Positions 8,625-19,336 of a stretch of DNA of 64,000 nt are shown piece after piece (within the stretch, counting starts at the first letter, position 1; every line of letters starts with the position of its first letter). Source of the DNA: an uncultured delta proteobacterium (GTDB taxonomy: Bacteria; Desulfobacterota; Syntrophia; Syntrophales; UBA2185); contig CAVSPA010000007.1 in the NCBI GenBank assembly GCA_963729715.1, forward strand, positions 384,001 through 448,000, written 5' to 3'. The notes beneath the pieces were generated by a model, which saw only the letters and a list, made by a program, of their open reading frames with translations, had not been told where the DNA came from and ran no database searches. A program made the position numbers and the translations under genes.

Positions 8625-9368
8625 TTACTTTAGCTTCTTTTCTATCTCTTTCCAATTCTCTACGACTTCCGCGTCCTCCATGGAATCAAAACTAAAGGCA
8701 AGCGGCTTATACTCCTGGGCGGATTCAATAACGTCCGGCCCCCCGATTATCGCCTTAATCTGCAAATCCCTTTCTTTGATTTCCCTGAATACTTCGCCCT
8801 GACCCCAGGGGAGCACAGGTGCAACAGGAAAATTATTTTTCTTCAGCCATGATCTCACAGATTCCAGACTCAAAAGACCTTTCAGGAGATAGACGATGGG
8901 AAATCTTTTATGGATTCTTGTCACGGCCTTACTGCTTTCCGGTCTTTCTTTTTCTCCAAACGGCCCTTCCAGCAGCGAGCCCCCAACATCAATAAAGACT
9001 ATCCGCGTTTTTTTCTCCAGTGCCAAGAGTATCCCGCTGTTCTTGTCTTCGCCGGATCTCACATTTATTTTGTGGAGACCCGTTCTTGCCGGGACAAATG
9101 TCTTGACGGCAAAGCCATCTCTCCCTGATAGGTTCTTCCCGATAGACCTTCCATCAACGATGAATTCCACAATCTCTCCGCTCTTGCTGAGAAGCGTTCC
9201 CCTTGTTTCCGCTCTGAGCATGACCTCCCGGCCCTTCAGAGCCACATCATCATAGACAAAGACCCGGGATAGCGCCGCATCCGGACAGATAACGAAGAGA
9301 AAAACAGATAAAATGAAAGCAAAGAGAATTCTCATACGATGCCTCGCCTGTACAAAAAAATGGGCCAT
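8625..9368 (-). CDS. Exported hypothetical protein, Ig-like N-domain plus HAD-like C-domain
   Basis: Signal peptide; IVFIDVGGSL resembles a degenerate HAD motif I. Confidence 0.6.
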   Translation of the reverse strand: MAHFFVQARHRMRILFAFILSVFLFVICPDAALSRVFVYDDVALKGREVMLRAETRGTLLSKSGEIVEFIVDGRSIGKNLSGRDGFAVKTFVPARTGLHKINVRSGEDKNSGILLALEKKTRIVFIDVGGSLLEGPFGEKERPESSKAVTRIHKRFPIVYLLKGLLSLESVRSWLKKNNFPVAPVLPWGQGEVFREIKERDLQIKAIIGGPDVIESAQEYKPLAFSFDSMEDAEVVENWKEIEKKLK

Positions 9369-9476
9369 ACCCTTATTTTTATATTAGATAATGCAGGTTC
9401 AGGCAAGGTGAATTTGGGAAGGGCATTGACATTGGTCGATTTCTGTAATAGATTTCTTTGTCTATATTATTTGATT

Positions 9477-10217
9477 ATGAAACAGTTAATTGTAAGAAAT
9501 ATAATCGAGCCGAACGGCAGCAAAAAAGGCAGATGCCTTGCCTGCGGCGCTACGCTGAAGACGGCCCGGCGCAAATACTGCTCCATGGAATGCCGGAAAC
9601 GTCTCCTTTACAAGTTGGATGTAAGAACGGGTCTGATAAGAGCCCTGAACGCGAAGTACGCAACATTCTATTTCTCCGAAGTCATGATAATAATGGACAT
9701 GCTCCCCTACGGGTCTGAGCAGATATTCAGCTTCTTCTATCCGCGGTCTCCCGGAAGCAAACCTGCCGAGGACTTCAGCAGGATGGCCGACATGCTGGGA
9801 AATATCTGGTGGAATGAAAGAAAGCGAACAAACAAGAGATACCTCGCGTCATTCCACCTTCTCGGAAAAGCCATCAAGACCGGCGCGCCATTAATCTCTG
9901 TTAAACCATCAATGGTAAAAGTCCCTTCCATTAAGGCGGCGCACTTATCTCATCTTAAACTTGACAAAGCCCAATTGAACGCGGCGGAACTGCAAAAAAG
10001 CGTTAAAGAAGCATATCGCAGGCAGGCGAAGGTACATCACCCCGATCTCGGAGGTGATGCGGCGACGTTCAGAAAACTCCACCAAGCGTACAGAGAGTTG
10101 ACTTCATGGGCGAGGAGACCCTCTTTCACAAAACGTCGTGGATTCCCCGATAAGTGGTTTTACGATGGGCGTACGAACAAATGGGTGCAGCCGATACCCT
10201 CGCAAATGCAAAGATGA
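9477..10217 (+). CDS. J-domain protein with N-terminal zinc ribbon
   Basis: CLAC...YCSMEC zinc motif; C-terminal KEAYRRQAKVHHPDLGGD J-domain (HPD). Start moved to ATG 9477 to avoid overlap with the divergent gene. Confidence 0.8.
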   Translation: MKQLIVRNIIEPNGSKKGRCLACGATLKTARRKYCSMECRKRLLYKLDVRTGLIRALNAKYATFYFSEVMIIMDMLPYGSEQIFSFFYPRSPGSKPAEDFSRMADMLGNIWWNERKRTNKRYLASFHLLGKAIKTGAPLISVKPSMVKVPSIKAAHLSHLKLDKAQLNAAELQKSVKEAYRRQAKVHHPDLGGDAATFRKLHQAYRELTSWARRPSFTKRRGFPDKWFYDGRTNKWVQPIPSQMQR

Positions 10218-10315
10218 CGCACTCGTAAGAGAACATGCCCCTGGTTTTTCAAACTGCGGGTGATGGAAAGTGATGTCGCTCTGTGTCATGGTTTTTTCTT
10301 TCCTTGATCCGGCAT

Positions 10316-10343
10316 TAAAGTTTTTTCACCAAAGAGCCGATAT
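10316..10343 (+). promoter_or_regulatory. Sigma28 (FliA/SigD)-type promoter
   Basis: TAAA-N16-GCCGATAT directly upstream of the flagellar-rod-like gene. Confidence 0.7.
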
Positions 10344-10374
10344 AGGTATACCATTATTGCTTGGAGGTGAAAGC

Positions 10375-10722
10375 ATGTCAGACGCATCTAATGCAGCCCT
10401 TTCCGCCCTCGGTTCTCTTTCCCGTAAAATAGATGTCACAGCCAATAATATCGCTAACGTAAATACTAATAGCTTCAAGAAGAGCCGGGCAGAACTCGAG
10501 GATGTCTACCCTTCAGGCGTCAAAGTCTCCATAAGCCAGGTCGATACGCCGGGCGATGCATTGCCTCCCGACGAAAAGGGCAAAGAGCAGGAATCATCGA
10601 ACGTTAACCTGTCCGAGGAACTTATAAATCTGATTACTACACAGCATGCCTATGCCGCAAATATCAAGACGATTACAACGGAAGACGAGATGAGGAAAAC
10701 TCTTCTCGACACCATCGCCTGA
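10375..10722 (+). CDS. Small flagellar basal-body rod domain protein (FlgC-like orphan)
   Basis: ANNIANVNT N-terminal rod motif and SNVNLSEELINLI...YAAN C-terminal rod motif; GGAGG RBS before ATG 10375. Confidence 0.8.
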   Translation: MSDASNAALSALGSLSRKIDVTANNIANVNTNSFKKSRAELEDVYPSGVKVSISQVDTPGDALPPDEKGKEQESSNVNLSEELINLITTQHAYAANIKTITTEDEMRKTLLDTIA

Positions 10723-10793
10723 TGCCTGTCAATTATATCTTGACAAAGAAACCCTCCTTTGTTACTCATCACTTGAAATGACAAAAGAATACG

Positions 10794-10957
10794 GATGGAT
10801 GTGTGGAAGAGGGGTTAAATGCCCCCGCTGCCCCGCAGCCGTGAAGGGAACGAAAGCCTCAAAAAGCCACTGTCATGAAAAGTGCATGCCGGGAAGGCGG
10901 GTGAGTAGGCAGCCCGAAGCCGGAAAACCAATCCATCGCGGTTCCTCGAGGGGGGAT
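10794..10957 (+). ncRNA. Cobalamin riboswitch upstream of the cob operon
   Basis: P1 GATGGAT/ATCCATC; GGAA-GGGG-TTAAATG-CCCC; GCTGCCCCGCAGCCGTGA; AAGCCACTG...GGGAAGGCG; AAGCCGGAAAACC; P13-like GTTCCTC-GAG-GGGGGAT. Confidence 0.88.
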
Positions 10958-11155
10958 TTTTACGGCTACATTACTTTTCTCAATTATTCCATTCTTACTT
11001 TACCAGCCCGCCATCCCGGTTTGCAAAGATGCCTGCGGTTCGTTCAAATCTGCCAGTTCGCGTGACCATGCCGGAATATCCCCGTCAGCATCCCGTTGCC
11101 ATAACGCTCTTGCCGGAGTGTGTGGCGATAAAGGAGCCTGATACAGGAAAAAGAA

Positions 11156-13729
11156 ATGACACCAAACAAACACGGTGGAAACCTGATAAAATTGGCATCA
11201 GCGGCGGGGCTTTCCCCGGACGATATCCTGGACTTTTCCGCCAATATAAATCCTCTCGGTCCACCGGAATGGGTCAGGCCCCTCATGAGCCGGACGATTT
11301 CCTCCCTCACCCATTATCCTGACCCGGACTGTGGAGCGCTTATTGGTGCCATCTCCGCCCGTTATGGGGTCCGGGAAGATGAGATTGTTGCCGGGAACGG
11401 TTCTACAGAACTCATCTACCTCATACCACGGGAACTTCACGTGAGACGCGCCGTCATTCCCATACCCGCCTATGCAGACTATGCGCGAGCCTCGGAACTC
11501 GCCGGGCTGACGCTGGAAAAGACTATTTTGAAAGAAGAAGACGCCTTCCGGCCCAATCTGGCAGCCATTGAAGCGCGGCTCCGTGAAGGCGACATGATGT
11601 TTATCGGCCAGCCGAGTAATCCAACAGGGTTGGTCTGCAATGCGGATGCCCTGAGAGGCATGGCCATGAGGAATGCGTCCGTCACCTTCGTCATAGACGA
11701 GGCGTTCGCCGCATTTGTGGAAGGCATGGACAGCCTCACGCGCAGGCGTCCCTCCAATGTCATCGTGCTTCTCTCTTTCACCAAGTTCTTTGCAATTCCA
11801 GGCCTGAGACTGGGTTGCGCTATTGCCGACCCTGCCGTCATCTCGCAAATACGGGCGATGATGCCGCCCTGGTCGGTCAATACCCTCGCCCAGGTCGTCG
11901 GGGAAAAGGCCATGGCGGATGAAGAATATGCGAGGAAGACGAAGGCATACTGCCATGCGGAGCGGAAGACGCTTATGGAGCAATTGCAGTCCATCCCCGG
12001 GCTTTATGTGTATCCAGGAGAGGCGAATTATCTCATGGTGCGGATTGACCGAAAAGGGCTGAGCGCGTCTGCGCTCGCAGAGAAGCTCCTGCCCGTGGGA
12101 ATCGCCATCAGGATCTGCGAGAATTTCGATGGACTGGATGCAAGGTTCTTTCGCGTTGCTGTGAGGACTGCTGAAGAAAATGAAATTCTCTTACACAAGC
12201 TCCGCCACGCTCTCGGCGTTACTCACGTCTTGAGTAGAAAGAAAACGAAACCTGCTCTCATGATCCAGGGGACAAGCTCCAACGCGGGAAAGAGTGTCAT
12301 GGCTGCGGCCCTCTGCCGCATCATGCTCCAGGACGGTTACAGCGTCGCGCCCTTCAAGGCGCAGAACATGTCTTTGAACTCCTGCGTCACGCGGGACGGC
12401 GGCGAGATGGGCCGTGCCCAGGTCGTCCAGTCCCAGGCCTCCCGGATCGACCCGGATGTAAGGATGAATCCCATCCTGCTCAAACCCGGCAGCGATACGG
12501 GCGCCCAGGTCATCGTAATGGGAAAGCCTGTAGGGAACATGGATGTGGGACAGTATATCCGCTACAAGCCCGAAGCGTTCCGAAGGGCGTTGGAGGCATA
12601 CGATTCCCTCGCCTCCGAGCACGACGTCATCATCCTGGAGGGAGCGGGCAGCCCCGCGGAAGTTAATCTCAAGCACCACGACATAGTCAACATGGCCATG
12701 GCCCGTTACGCCCGTTCGCCGGTCATTCTGGTCGGTGACATCGACAGAGGCGGAGTCTTTGCTTCATTCGTAGGGACGATGGAGGTCCTTGCCGAATGGG
12801 AAAGGGCGCTGGTCGCGGGGTTTATAATCAACCGTTTTCGGGGGGATGAATCGCTGCTTGATGATGCCATAAATTATGTGGAGCGCCATACAGGGCGTCC
12901 CACTTTCGGCATCGTCCCCTATCTCAAAGGCCTGGGACTCCCGGAAGAGGACTCCGTCACCTTCAAGAACGGCCCGAATGAAGGAACCCGCCCTCCCGGA
13001 GATGCGGTGGAGATCGCACTTATCGACCTTCCCCATATATCAAACTTCACGGATTTTGATTCGCTCCGCTTGGAACCAGACGTGCACCTGCGCGTTGTCC
13101 GGTCATCCCGCGATATCGGGCACCCTGACGCCGTCATCCTGCCAGGGAGCAAGAACGTCATCGGCGACCTGGAATATCTCACGAAGGACGGCCTCGCGGA
13201 AAGGATCGCAGACCTAGCCCATTATGGAAAAACAGAGATTGTCGGCATCTGCGGCGGGTTTCAGCTCCTCGGAGCGGAGATCGCCGACCCGCACGGTATC
13301 GAGTCCGGAGGAAGGACCATCAAAGGACTGGGACTGCTGCCGGTCACAACGACGCTGGCCCCGGAGAAGACCCTCGAATGCGTCTCGGCGCGTCACGCCG
13401 ATTCGGGCATTGCCTTGAAGGGATATGAGATACACCATGGATTGACAAGCGGCATGAACATGCCTGCCGCCGTTGTGCGCGAAGACGGCGCCGTAGTCGG
13501 CGTAAGATCGGAAGACGGACTCCTGTGGGGAACATACCTCCACGGGATATTCGATGCCGATGAATTTCGCCGGTGGTTTGTCGACAGGTTGAGGACCCGC
13601 CGCGGCCTGGCCCCTGTGGGAAGGGTCCTTGCCGCTTATGACCTGGAGCCAGCCTTCGACCGCCTGGCCGATATCGTCCGACGGTGCCTGAATATGGATG
13701 CAATCTATCGGTTGATGGGATTGAGGTGA
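11156..13729 (+). CDS. cobQ: Fused L-threonine-O-3-phosphate decarboxylase (CobD) and cobyric acid synthase (CobQ/CbiP)
   Basis: N-half [33 protein letters not shown] (PLP enzyme). C-half [49 protein letters not shown]. Confidence 0.93.
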   Translation: MTPNKHGGNLIKLASAAGLSPDDILDFSANINPLGPPEWVRPLMSRTISSLTHYPDPDCGALIGAISARYGVREDEIVAGNGSTELIYLIPRELHVRRAVIPIPAYADYARASELAGLTLEKTILKEEDAFRPNLAAIEARLREGDMMFIGQPSNPTGLVCNADALRGMAMRNASVTFVIDEAFAAFVEGMDSLTRRRPSNVIVLLSFTKFFAIPGLRLGCAIADPAVISQIRAMMPPWSVNTLAQVVGEKAMADEEYARKTKAYCHAERKTLMEQLQSIPGLYVYPGEANYLMVRIDRKGLSASALAEKLLPVGIAIRICENFDGLDARFFRVAVRTAEENEILLHKLRHALGVTHVLSRKKTKPALMIQGTSSNAGKSVMAAALCRIMLQDGYSVAPFKAQNMSLNSCVTRDGGEMGRAQVVQSQASRIDPDVRMNPILLKPGSDTGAQVIVMGKPVGNMDVGQYIRYKPEAFRRALEAYDSLASEHDVIILEGAGSPAEVNLKHHDIVNMAMARYARSPVILVGDIDRGGVFASFVGTMEVLAEWERALVAGFIINRFRGDESLLDDAINYVERHTGRPTFGIVPYLKGLGLPEEDSVTFKNGPNEGTRPPGDAVEIALIDLPHISNFTDFDSLRLEPDVHLRVVRSSRDIGHPDAVILPGSKNVIGDLEYLTKDGLAERIADLAHYGKTEIVGICGGFQLLGAEIADPHGIESGGRTIKGLGLLPVTTTLAPEKTLECVSARHADSGIALKGYEIHHGLTSGMNMPAAVVREDGAVVGVRSEDGLLWGTYLHGIFDADEFRRWFVDRLRTRRGLAPVGRVLAAYDLEPAFDRLADIVRRCLNMDAIYRLMGLR

Positions 13730-13742
13730 GAGGGTTGTCAGT

Positions 13743-14270
13743 GTGAAAGATAAGAAGCGGATACTGCTCTTTACGGGGGACGGCAAAGGAAAGACGACAG
13801 CCGCCCTAGGCATAGCCCTCCGCGCGTGCGGGCACGGCATGAAGACCATGATAATCCAATTCGTTAAGGCGGATCCCACAACGGGAGAGCTTGCGGCATG
13901 CAGGCATCTGCCCGGTTGCGAGATCGTGCAGACCGGCAGGGGGTTTGTCCCGGAGCGGACCGACCCGGCATTCAGGGAACACCTGATGGCGGCTGCGGAA
14001 GGCCTGAAACGGGCCGCAGAGGCCCTTTCGTCAGGCGGCTACGATCTTATTATTCTCGATGAAATATGCACCGCCATAGGGAAGGGACTTCTTGACGAGG
14101 GACAGGTCATCGAAGCCGTCCAGGGAGGAGCACCAAGGATGTGCGTCGTCATGACGGGCCAGAACGCCACGGCGGGGCTGATATCCCTCTCCGACACGGT
14201 AACAGACATGCGCGTGGTCAAACACGGTTTCCAAGAAGGAATAGAAGGGCAAAAGGGAGTGGAATACTGA
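13743..14270 (+). CDS. cobO: Cob(I)yrinic acid a,c-diamide adenosyltransferase (CobO/BtuR)
   Basis: FTGDGKGKTTAALG, IQFVK, LDEI, KH.F..G..GQKGVEY. Confidence 0.92.
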   Translation: MKDKKRILLFTGDGKGKTTAALGIALRACGHGMKTMIIQFVKADPTTGELAACRHLPGCEIVQTGRGFVPERTDPAFREHLMAAAEGLKRAAEALSSGGYDLIILDEICTAIGKGLLDEGQVIEAVQGGAPRMCVVMTGQNATAGLISLSDTVTDMRVVKHGFQEGIEGQKGVEY

Positions 14271-14272
14271 AT

Positions 14273-14978
14273 ATGCACTTGCCCCGGATTGTCATAGCGG
14301 GCACGCAAAGCGTCTCGATGGCGACAGAGATTTCGCTGGAACTGGATGCGCATCCCGACATCAGCCGGCGAGCGGGAAGGCTCGATGAGAAGGGATGGCC
14401 CGCCTGATCAGCGAAGGCGGCATCGACGCGATCGTCGATGCGACACACCCTACGCAGTGCTTGTCCGAAAGACGGCGAGTCGCGTATCCAGGCGCCTTAA
14501 TATTCCCTACTTTGCCCTCCGCCGCCCGACGGGCATCCACGGTAGGGAGAGAATTACACTGGCGGCAAGGATCGCCTGCACTGCGGGTCGGACGGTATTT
14601 CTCACCACAGGTGTCACGAACCTCAAACCATACGTAGATGAAGCACGGAAAATGGGAAGCATGCTGATCGTCCGTGTCCTTCCCGCAAAGTCGTCCCTCA
14701 ATGCCTGCCGCGCTCTTGGCATCAATGAAGAATTTATCATCGCGAAGAGGGGGCCATTCTCTGTCGACGAAAACAGATCAGCCATGAAGAGTTTCGGCGT
14801 AGGCGTGCTCGTCACCAAGGATAGCGGCCCTGCCGGGGGAACACCAGAAAAGCTGGAGGCGGCGCGTCTTGAAGGCTGCCCCGTTGTTGTTGTCACGCGA
14901 CCGCAGGAGCCCGCTCATGCTTCCTTCGAGAAACATGCCGACCTGATATCCGCTGTCAGGGCTCGTGTTCCTATATAA
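14273..14978 (+). pseudogene. cbiJ: Chimeric remnant: first 13 codons of cobB/cbiA joined to a 5'-truncated, doubly frameshifted cbiJ/cobK (precorrin-6A reductase)
   Basis: MHLPRIVIAGTQS (CobB-like start) then VSMATEI...RRAGRLDEKG / MARLISEGGIDAIVDATHP / YA...VFLTTG...RVLP...RGPFS..EN...LVTKDSG..GGTPEKLEAA...VVVTRP spread over three frames. Confidence 0.8.
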
Positions 14979-15002
14979 GATGGTTCTCAAACATTCCGGC
15001 GT

Positions 15003-16853
15003 CTAATCTTTATTATCTTCCCTGCGCTTCGATCCCCGCTTATTGTAATCAAGCTCCATCTTCCTGAGGCGTATGTGCTGCGGAGTTATTTCCACAAGCT
15101 CATCCTCAGCGATAAATTCAATTGACTGATCGAGGGAGAGTGGGCGCGGCGGCCTTAGGGTCACAGTTGCTTCCGCCGTTGAACTCCTGATATTTGTGAG
15201 TTTCTTTTCCTTCGTTATATTCACCGGCATATCACCGGTGCGATTGCGTTCGCCGATAATCATCCCACCGTACACCTCGGTCCCCACCTCCACGAAGAGT
15301 TCACCGCGGTCCACCATGGCCAGACTGGCATAGGTCGTGACCCTGCCGTTTCTATCGGCCAGGAGAGCGCCGCTTGCCCGCTGCGGGATCGGTCCGAACC
15401 ACGGTTGATAGTCTTCAAAGAGCGTATTCATCACACCCGCACCTTTGGTATCCGTCAAAAAATGACTGCGGAAACCAATCAGGCCGCGGCAGGGAACAAG
15501 AAACTCCATGTTGACCCGGCCGCTTCCCTTATTGATCAGATGGACCATGCGTCCTTTTCTCACAGCAAGTTTTTCCGTCACAATGCCGACGACCTCTTCG
15601 GGGATATCGATAAAAACGCGCTCCACGGGCTCTAAGGTTTTGCCGTTTTCTTTTTTCGTGATGACGTTTGGCTTCGATACCATGAGCTCATAGCCTTCCC
15701 GGCGCATGGTCTCGATCAGCACGGCCATCTGCAGCTCTCCCCGCCCGCAGACCTCAAAGGCGTCCTTGCGCTCCAATGGTTTAAGTTTCAGCGCCACGTT
15801 CCGGAAACTCTCCTTTTCCAGACGCTCAAGAAGATGACGCGTAGTTAGATACTTCCCTTCCCTGCCGGCAAAGGGACCGTTGTTGACATAAAAGATCATG
15901 GAGACAGTCGGCGCGTCGATAAATATCCGGGGAAGCGGCATGGGGGTTTCCTGCGATGTAATCGTATCGCCGATACTGATGGCCGGGACACCGGCAACAG
16001 CGACAATGTCACCGGCCTCTACAACATCCACCTGTTTTTTCTTCAAGCCGTAAAACGTGTAGAGGGCGGAGAACCTGACTCCTTGCGTGATTGCATCTTC
16101 TCCGCAAAGGGCATATGTCTGATTCATCGCGAGGCTGCCGTTGATCAAACGCCCGATGCCAATCTGCCCCACATAGGGATCGTAATCGAGATTCGTAACA
16201 AGAAACTGGGGAACCTGTGCGTCATCGGCAGCAGGACCGGGTATGGTAGAACAGATGGCGTCAAACAGGGGCTTGAGATCTTCCGATGGATCGTCTGGCT
16301 TCAGATGGGCAATGCCCCGTTTTGCATTGGTATAGAGGATGGGAAACTCGATCTGCCGCTCATTTGCGTCGAGATCGATAAAAAGGTCGTAAATCTCATC
16401 AATGACCTCTTCGATCCGGGCGTCACCGCGGTCGATCTTATTGATGATGACCACAATGGGCAGTTTCTTGGCGAGGGCTTTCTTAACGACAAATCGTGTC
16501 TGCGGCAGCGGTCCCTCGCTGGCATCTACGAGCAGGATGGCCCCATCAACCATATTCAGGCTCCGCTCCACCTCGCCGCCGAAATCCGCATGACCGGGTG
16601 TATCGACGATATTGATCTTGATATTTTCGTACCATATGGCTGTATTCTTCGCCATGATGGTAATCCCCCGCTCCTTTTCGAGATCCATCGAGTCCATCAC
16701 CCGTTCTACGATCTCCTGATTCTCCCGGAATGTGCCGGTCTGCTTGAGCATGGCATCAACAAGGGTCGTTTTGCCGTGATCAACGTGGGCGATGATAACG
16801 ATATTTCTGATGTTCTTTTTTCTCACTCGTGTTGCTGCTCCTTCAAAAGGCAT
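15003..16853 (-). CDS. typA: Translational GTPase TypA/BipA
   Basis: [47 protein letters not shown]. Confidence 0.97.
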   Translation of the reverse strand: MPFEGAATRVRKKNIRNIVIIAHVDHGKTTLVDAMLKQTGTFRENQEIVERVMDSMDLEKERGITIMAKNTAIWYENIKINIVDTPGHADFGGEVERSLNMVDGAILLVDASEGPLPQTRFVVKKALAKKLPIVVIINKIDRGDARIEEVIDEIYDLFIDLDANERQIEFPILYTNAKRGIAHLKPDDPSEDLKPLFDAICSTIPGPAADDAQVPQFLVTNLDYDPYVGQIGIGRLINGSLAMNQTYALCGEDAITQGVRFSALYTFYGLKKKQVDVVEAGDIVAVAGVPAISIGDTITSQETPMPLPRIFIDAPTVSMIFYVNNGPFAGREGKYLTTRHLLERLEKESFRNVALKLKPLERKDAFEVCGRGELQMAVLIETMRREGYELMVSKPNVITKKENGKTLEPVERVFIDIPEEVVGIVTEKLAVRKGRMVHLINKGSGRVNMEFLVPCRGLIGFRSHFLTDTKGAGVMNTLFEDYQPWFGPIPQRASGALLADRNGRVTTYASLAMVDRGELFVEVGTEVYGGMIIGERNRTGDMPVNITKEKKLTNIRSSTAEATVTLRPPRPLSLDQSIEFIAEDELVEITPQHIRLRKMELDYNKRGSKRREDNKD

Positions 16854-16927
16854 CCCCCCTTATCCGCAGTAATCAGTTTGTATCAGGGCAAGGGGGGATG
16901 ATTATAACGTATTCTTTATATATATGT

Positions 16928-19111
16928 TCAACTATTCATTTCGGTAATTTTAGTTTGCGTTTCCTGATTGAGGAACTCCCATAACCCGACCTGCTTCAGG
17001 GTCTCCACTTTCGGCACCCCTCGCACATTCCAGCCCCGCTCGCGATAGTACGTCTCTATCAATTCTCGCAGCTGTTCTTTCCTGAAGTTCATCAGGATTT
17101 CCCTCTTATCTTTCGTAAGCATCTTCTCTACGTTTGCGAGAGGCTTCCCCGATATTTTGCTTACCTCCGCGTCATGGAAATCCTTCTCGGCATCATAAAG
17201 ATCATTGTCTGTAGGCCCTATCGCCCGGTCAGGTACCCAGTCATACTCGCCTGTTTTTTCACCAAAGATCACCGCATTCATGACCCTCTGCAAATTTATG
17301 TCTCTGTCTGTCCGTTCGTAGATCTTCTCCCATGTGAGGTCCGCACCCAGCATGCCGTTATAGAACTCCGCATACATCTCCTGCGAGGCAGGGTTTATGT
17401 ATATATCGGTGTTCTTCATTTTTTCCGAATCCGGATTGAACACATCCACCCACGGGAGCTTGCAGAGCCCCAGGTTGTCATTGCCGAGACGAACCCGCGG
17501 ATAGGTTATAAGGGCCTTGGCCTTGTCTTTGAAAGAAGGAAAAGCGCCGAGGAGGTCTGCTTTAATAAGCCACGCCGCTGCGTGATGCGCCCCTATGTCA
17601 CTCGCCGCCGCATACGACGCCTGCATAGAAAGAGACCTGTGCGTCCTGTAAAGAGAAAAGGGAAGACCCTTCACCTGCATGGCAAATTTCATGAGCTCCT
17701 TCTTGGGATTTTCGCGGCCCGTTCTTTTGACATACTTCTCGGAGACCCAGTCCAGCAAGCTTCGCATCCCTTTTCCCGCTTCCCTCGCGCACTCCGTTTC
17801 GCCATAGCTAATCTGACGCAGGAAAGTGAGCAACGCCTTTTCATTTCCCCATTGGAGTTCCAGACCGCCCGTATCGTCCTTGGTGAGATAACCCCTCTGA
17901 AAACACTCCATCAAGAACGCGATGATAACAGCAGCTGTTATGGTATCGATCCCTAAGTTATCGCAATGCCAGTTGGCTTCTATGACGGTCTCTGCATTCC
18001 ATATGCCTAAATTTGAGCCGAAACCGCACGCCGTCTCATATTCGGGTCCATCGACCCAGACCTTCGTGCCCTTTTGATCACCTGCTGACAAAGTAACCCA
18101 GCCGCCTTTGGTGCACCGGAGAGAACAGCCGGGATAACACCCGTCCATTCCTCTGTGATCGAAGATATTATCCGCGTAAAATTTACCGCTGATCTGTTCA
18201 GCTCGGGGATCGGAGCCATACTGGTAGTTCTTAACCGGCAGAGATCTATAATTTTCTTTATTCATGAAACTGATGAGTCCCGCACTCCCCTTGCGGTGCA
18301 TTTTCAAGGATACCGGATCAACCTCCCTCACGACCTTGGAAAGCTTTGAGCCCGCTCTTTTCGCCTTTTCCCAGTCTGCTGCTCCATACGGATTGTCGCC
18401 GTGCGGATATTCGGCAAGGATGATGACGGATCGTATTTTTTTATCCACCATCACCGAGCCAAGGCCGGTTCTGCCTGCCTGCTTTGTCCTGAATAATCCT
18501 TTCTGGCCATCACTTGTCTTCGTCGGGTCAAAATAATGACTGTTGATACATCCATATGTCGTACTTGCCGCGCCGATACCGGTTGTGACAAAGGCCATAT
18601 CCTTTTTGTCATAACCTTCCTTTGTAAATTTATCGGCAATGAATTTCTCGAGCTCAAAGACGCGTTCTATCCTCGGCGCTTCAACAATCGTTACTTCATT
18701 TTTAAACCCATCGATGACAATGAAAACGTCTTTTCCCGATTTTCCCGTGATCTCAATTACGTCGAACCCGGCGAATTTCATGTGAGCCCCGAAATGCCCG
18801 CCGAAATTCGATACCCCCGGGATTCCTGTGTGCGGGGACATAGAGAGCGCCATGCATTTGCTCGTGCCGGGAAAATTGGGAACGCCCGCCAGCGGCCCCG
18901 GGGAGAAGATCAAGGGATTCTCCGGAGCGTAGGGGCTCGTGTGCAGGGTCACGCGCCTGTAGAGCAGATACAAGCCCAGAGCCCTACCCCCGACGAAATA
19001 ATCCCTCGCGCGCGGATCAAGATCTTTCGCATCTATCGCTCCGTTATGAATATCGACATTAAGAATCTTGTTTGCGTATCCACGCGTCAATTTTGATTTC
19101 GTATACTTCAT
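16928..19111 (-). CDS. Aldehyde:ferredoxin oxidoreductase family protein (W-pterin)
   Basis: GGRALG, SNFGG.FG...KFAGFD, AGRTGLGSVM, C..C...C cluster, GPEYE, CDNLGIDTI, YYRERGW...GVP. Confidence 0.9.
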   Translation of the reverse strand: MKYTKSKLTRGYANKILNVDIHNGAIDAKDLDPRARDYFVGGRALGLYLLYRRVTLHTSPYAPENPLIFSPGPLAGVPNFPGTSKCMALSMSPHTGIPGVSNFGGHFGAHMKFAGFDVIEITGKSGKDVFIVIDGFKNEVTIVEAPRIERVFELEKFIADKFTKEGYDKKDMAFVTTGIGAASTTYGCINSHYFDPTKTSDGQKGLFRTKQAGRTGLGSVMVDKKIRSVIILAEYPHGDNPYGAADWEKAKRAGSKLSKVVREVDPVSLKMHRKGSAGLISFMNKENYRSLPVKNYQYGSDPRAEQISGKFYADNIFDHRGMDGCYPGCSLRCTKGGWVTLSAGDQKGTKVWVDGPEYETACGFGSNLGIWNAETVIEANWHCDNLGIDTITAAVIIAFLMECFQRGYLTKDDTGGLELQWGNEKALLTFLRQISYGETECAREAGKGMRSLLDWVSEKYVKRTGRENPKKELMKFAMQVKGLPFSLYRTHRSLSMQASYAAASDIGAHHAAAWLIKADLLGAFPSFKDKAKALITYPRVRLGNDNLGLCKLPWVDVFNPDSEKMKNTDIYINPASQEMYAEFYNGMLGADLTWEKIYERTDRDINLQRVMNAVIFGEKTGEYDWVPDRAIGPTDNDLYDAEKDFHDAEVSKISGKPLANVEKMLTKDKREILMNFRKEQLRELIETYYRERGWNVRGVPKVETLKQVGLWEFLNQETQTKITEMNS

Positions 19112-19336
19112 TTAATTCTCCTTACGCCGGGCTCCTGCGTCTGCTGCGGTTTTAGGACTTAACGACTACTTGAAGAAAGCGAGAGCCCATTTTTTTAGAA
19201 GGGGCACTATAAGCCAAAGCAAATTAACTTGTCAATTGGAAAAGTTAAGTAGCTTGACATTCGCGGCAATTCATGGTTTAGCCTGCCTTCAGTTAATAGT
19301 TGCTTTTGGGATGGCAGGAGCGCACAGAGAGTCAGC

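Noticed and set aside
10778..11322. ORFs 10778..11065 and 11029..11322 as leader peptides or genes
   Set aside because: The first overlaps the riboswitch and the second overlaps cobD-cobQ out of frame; no recognisable motifs.
14346..14978. 210-aa ORF as an intact cbiJ
   Set aside because: Its first ~35 residues are out-of-frame sequence; the DATHP motif and N-terminal part lie in other frames.
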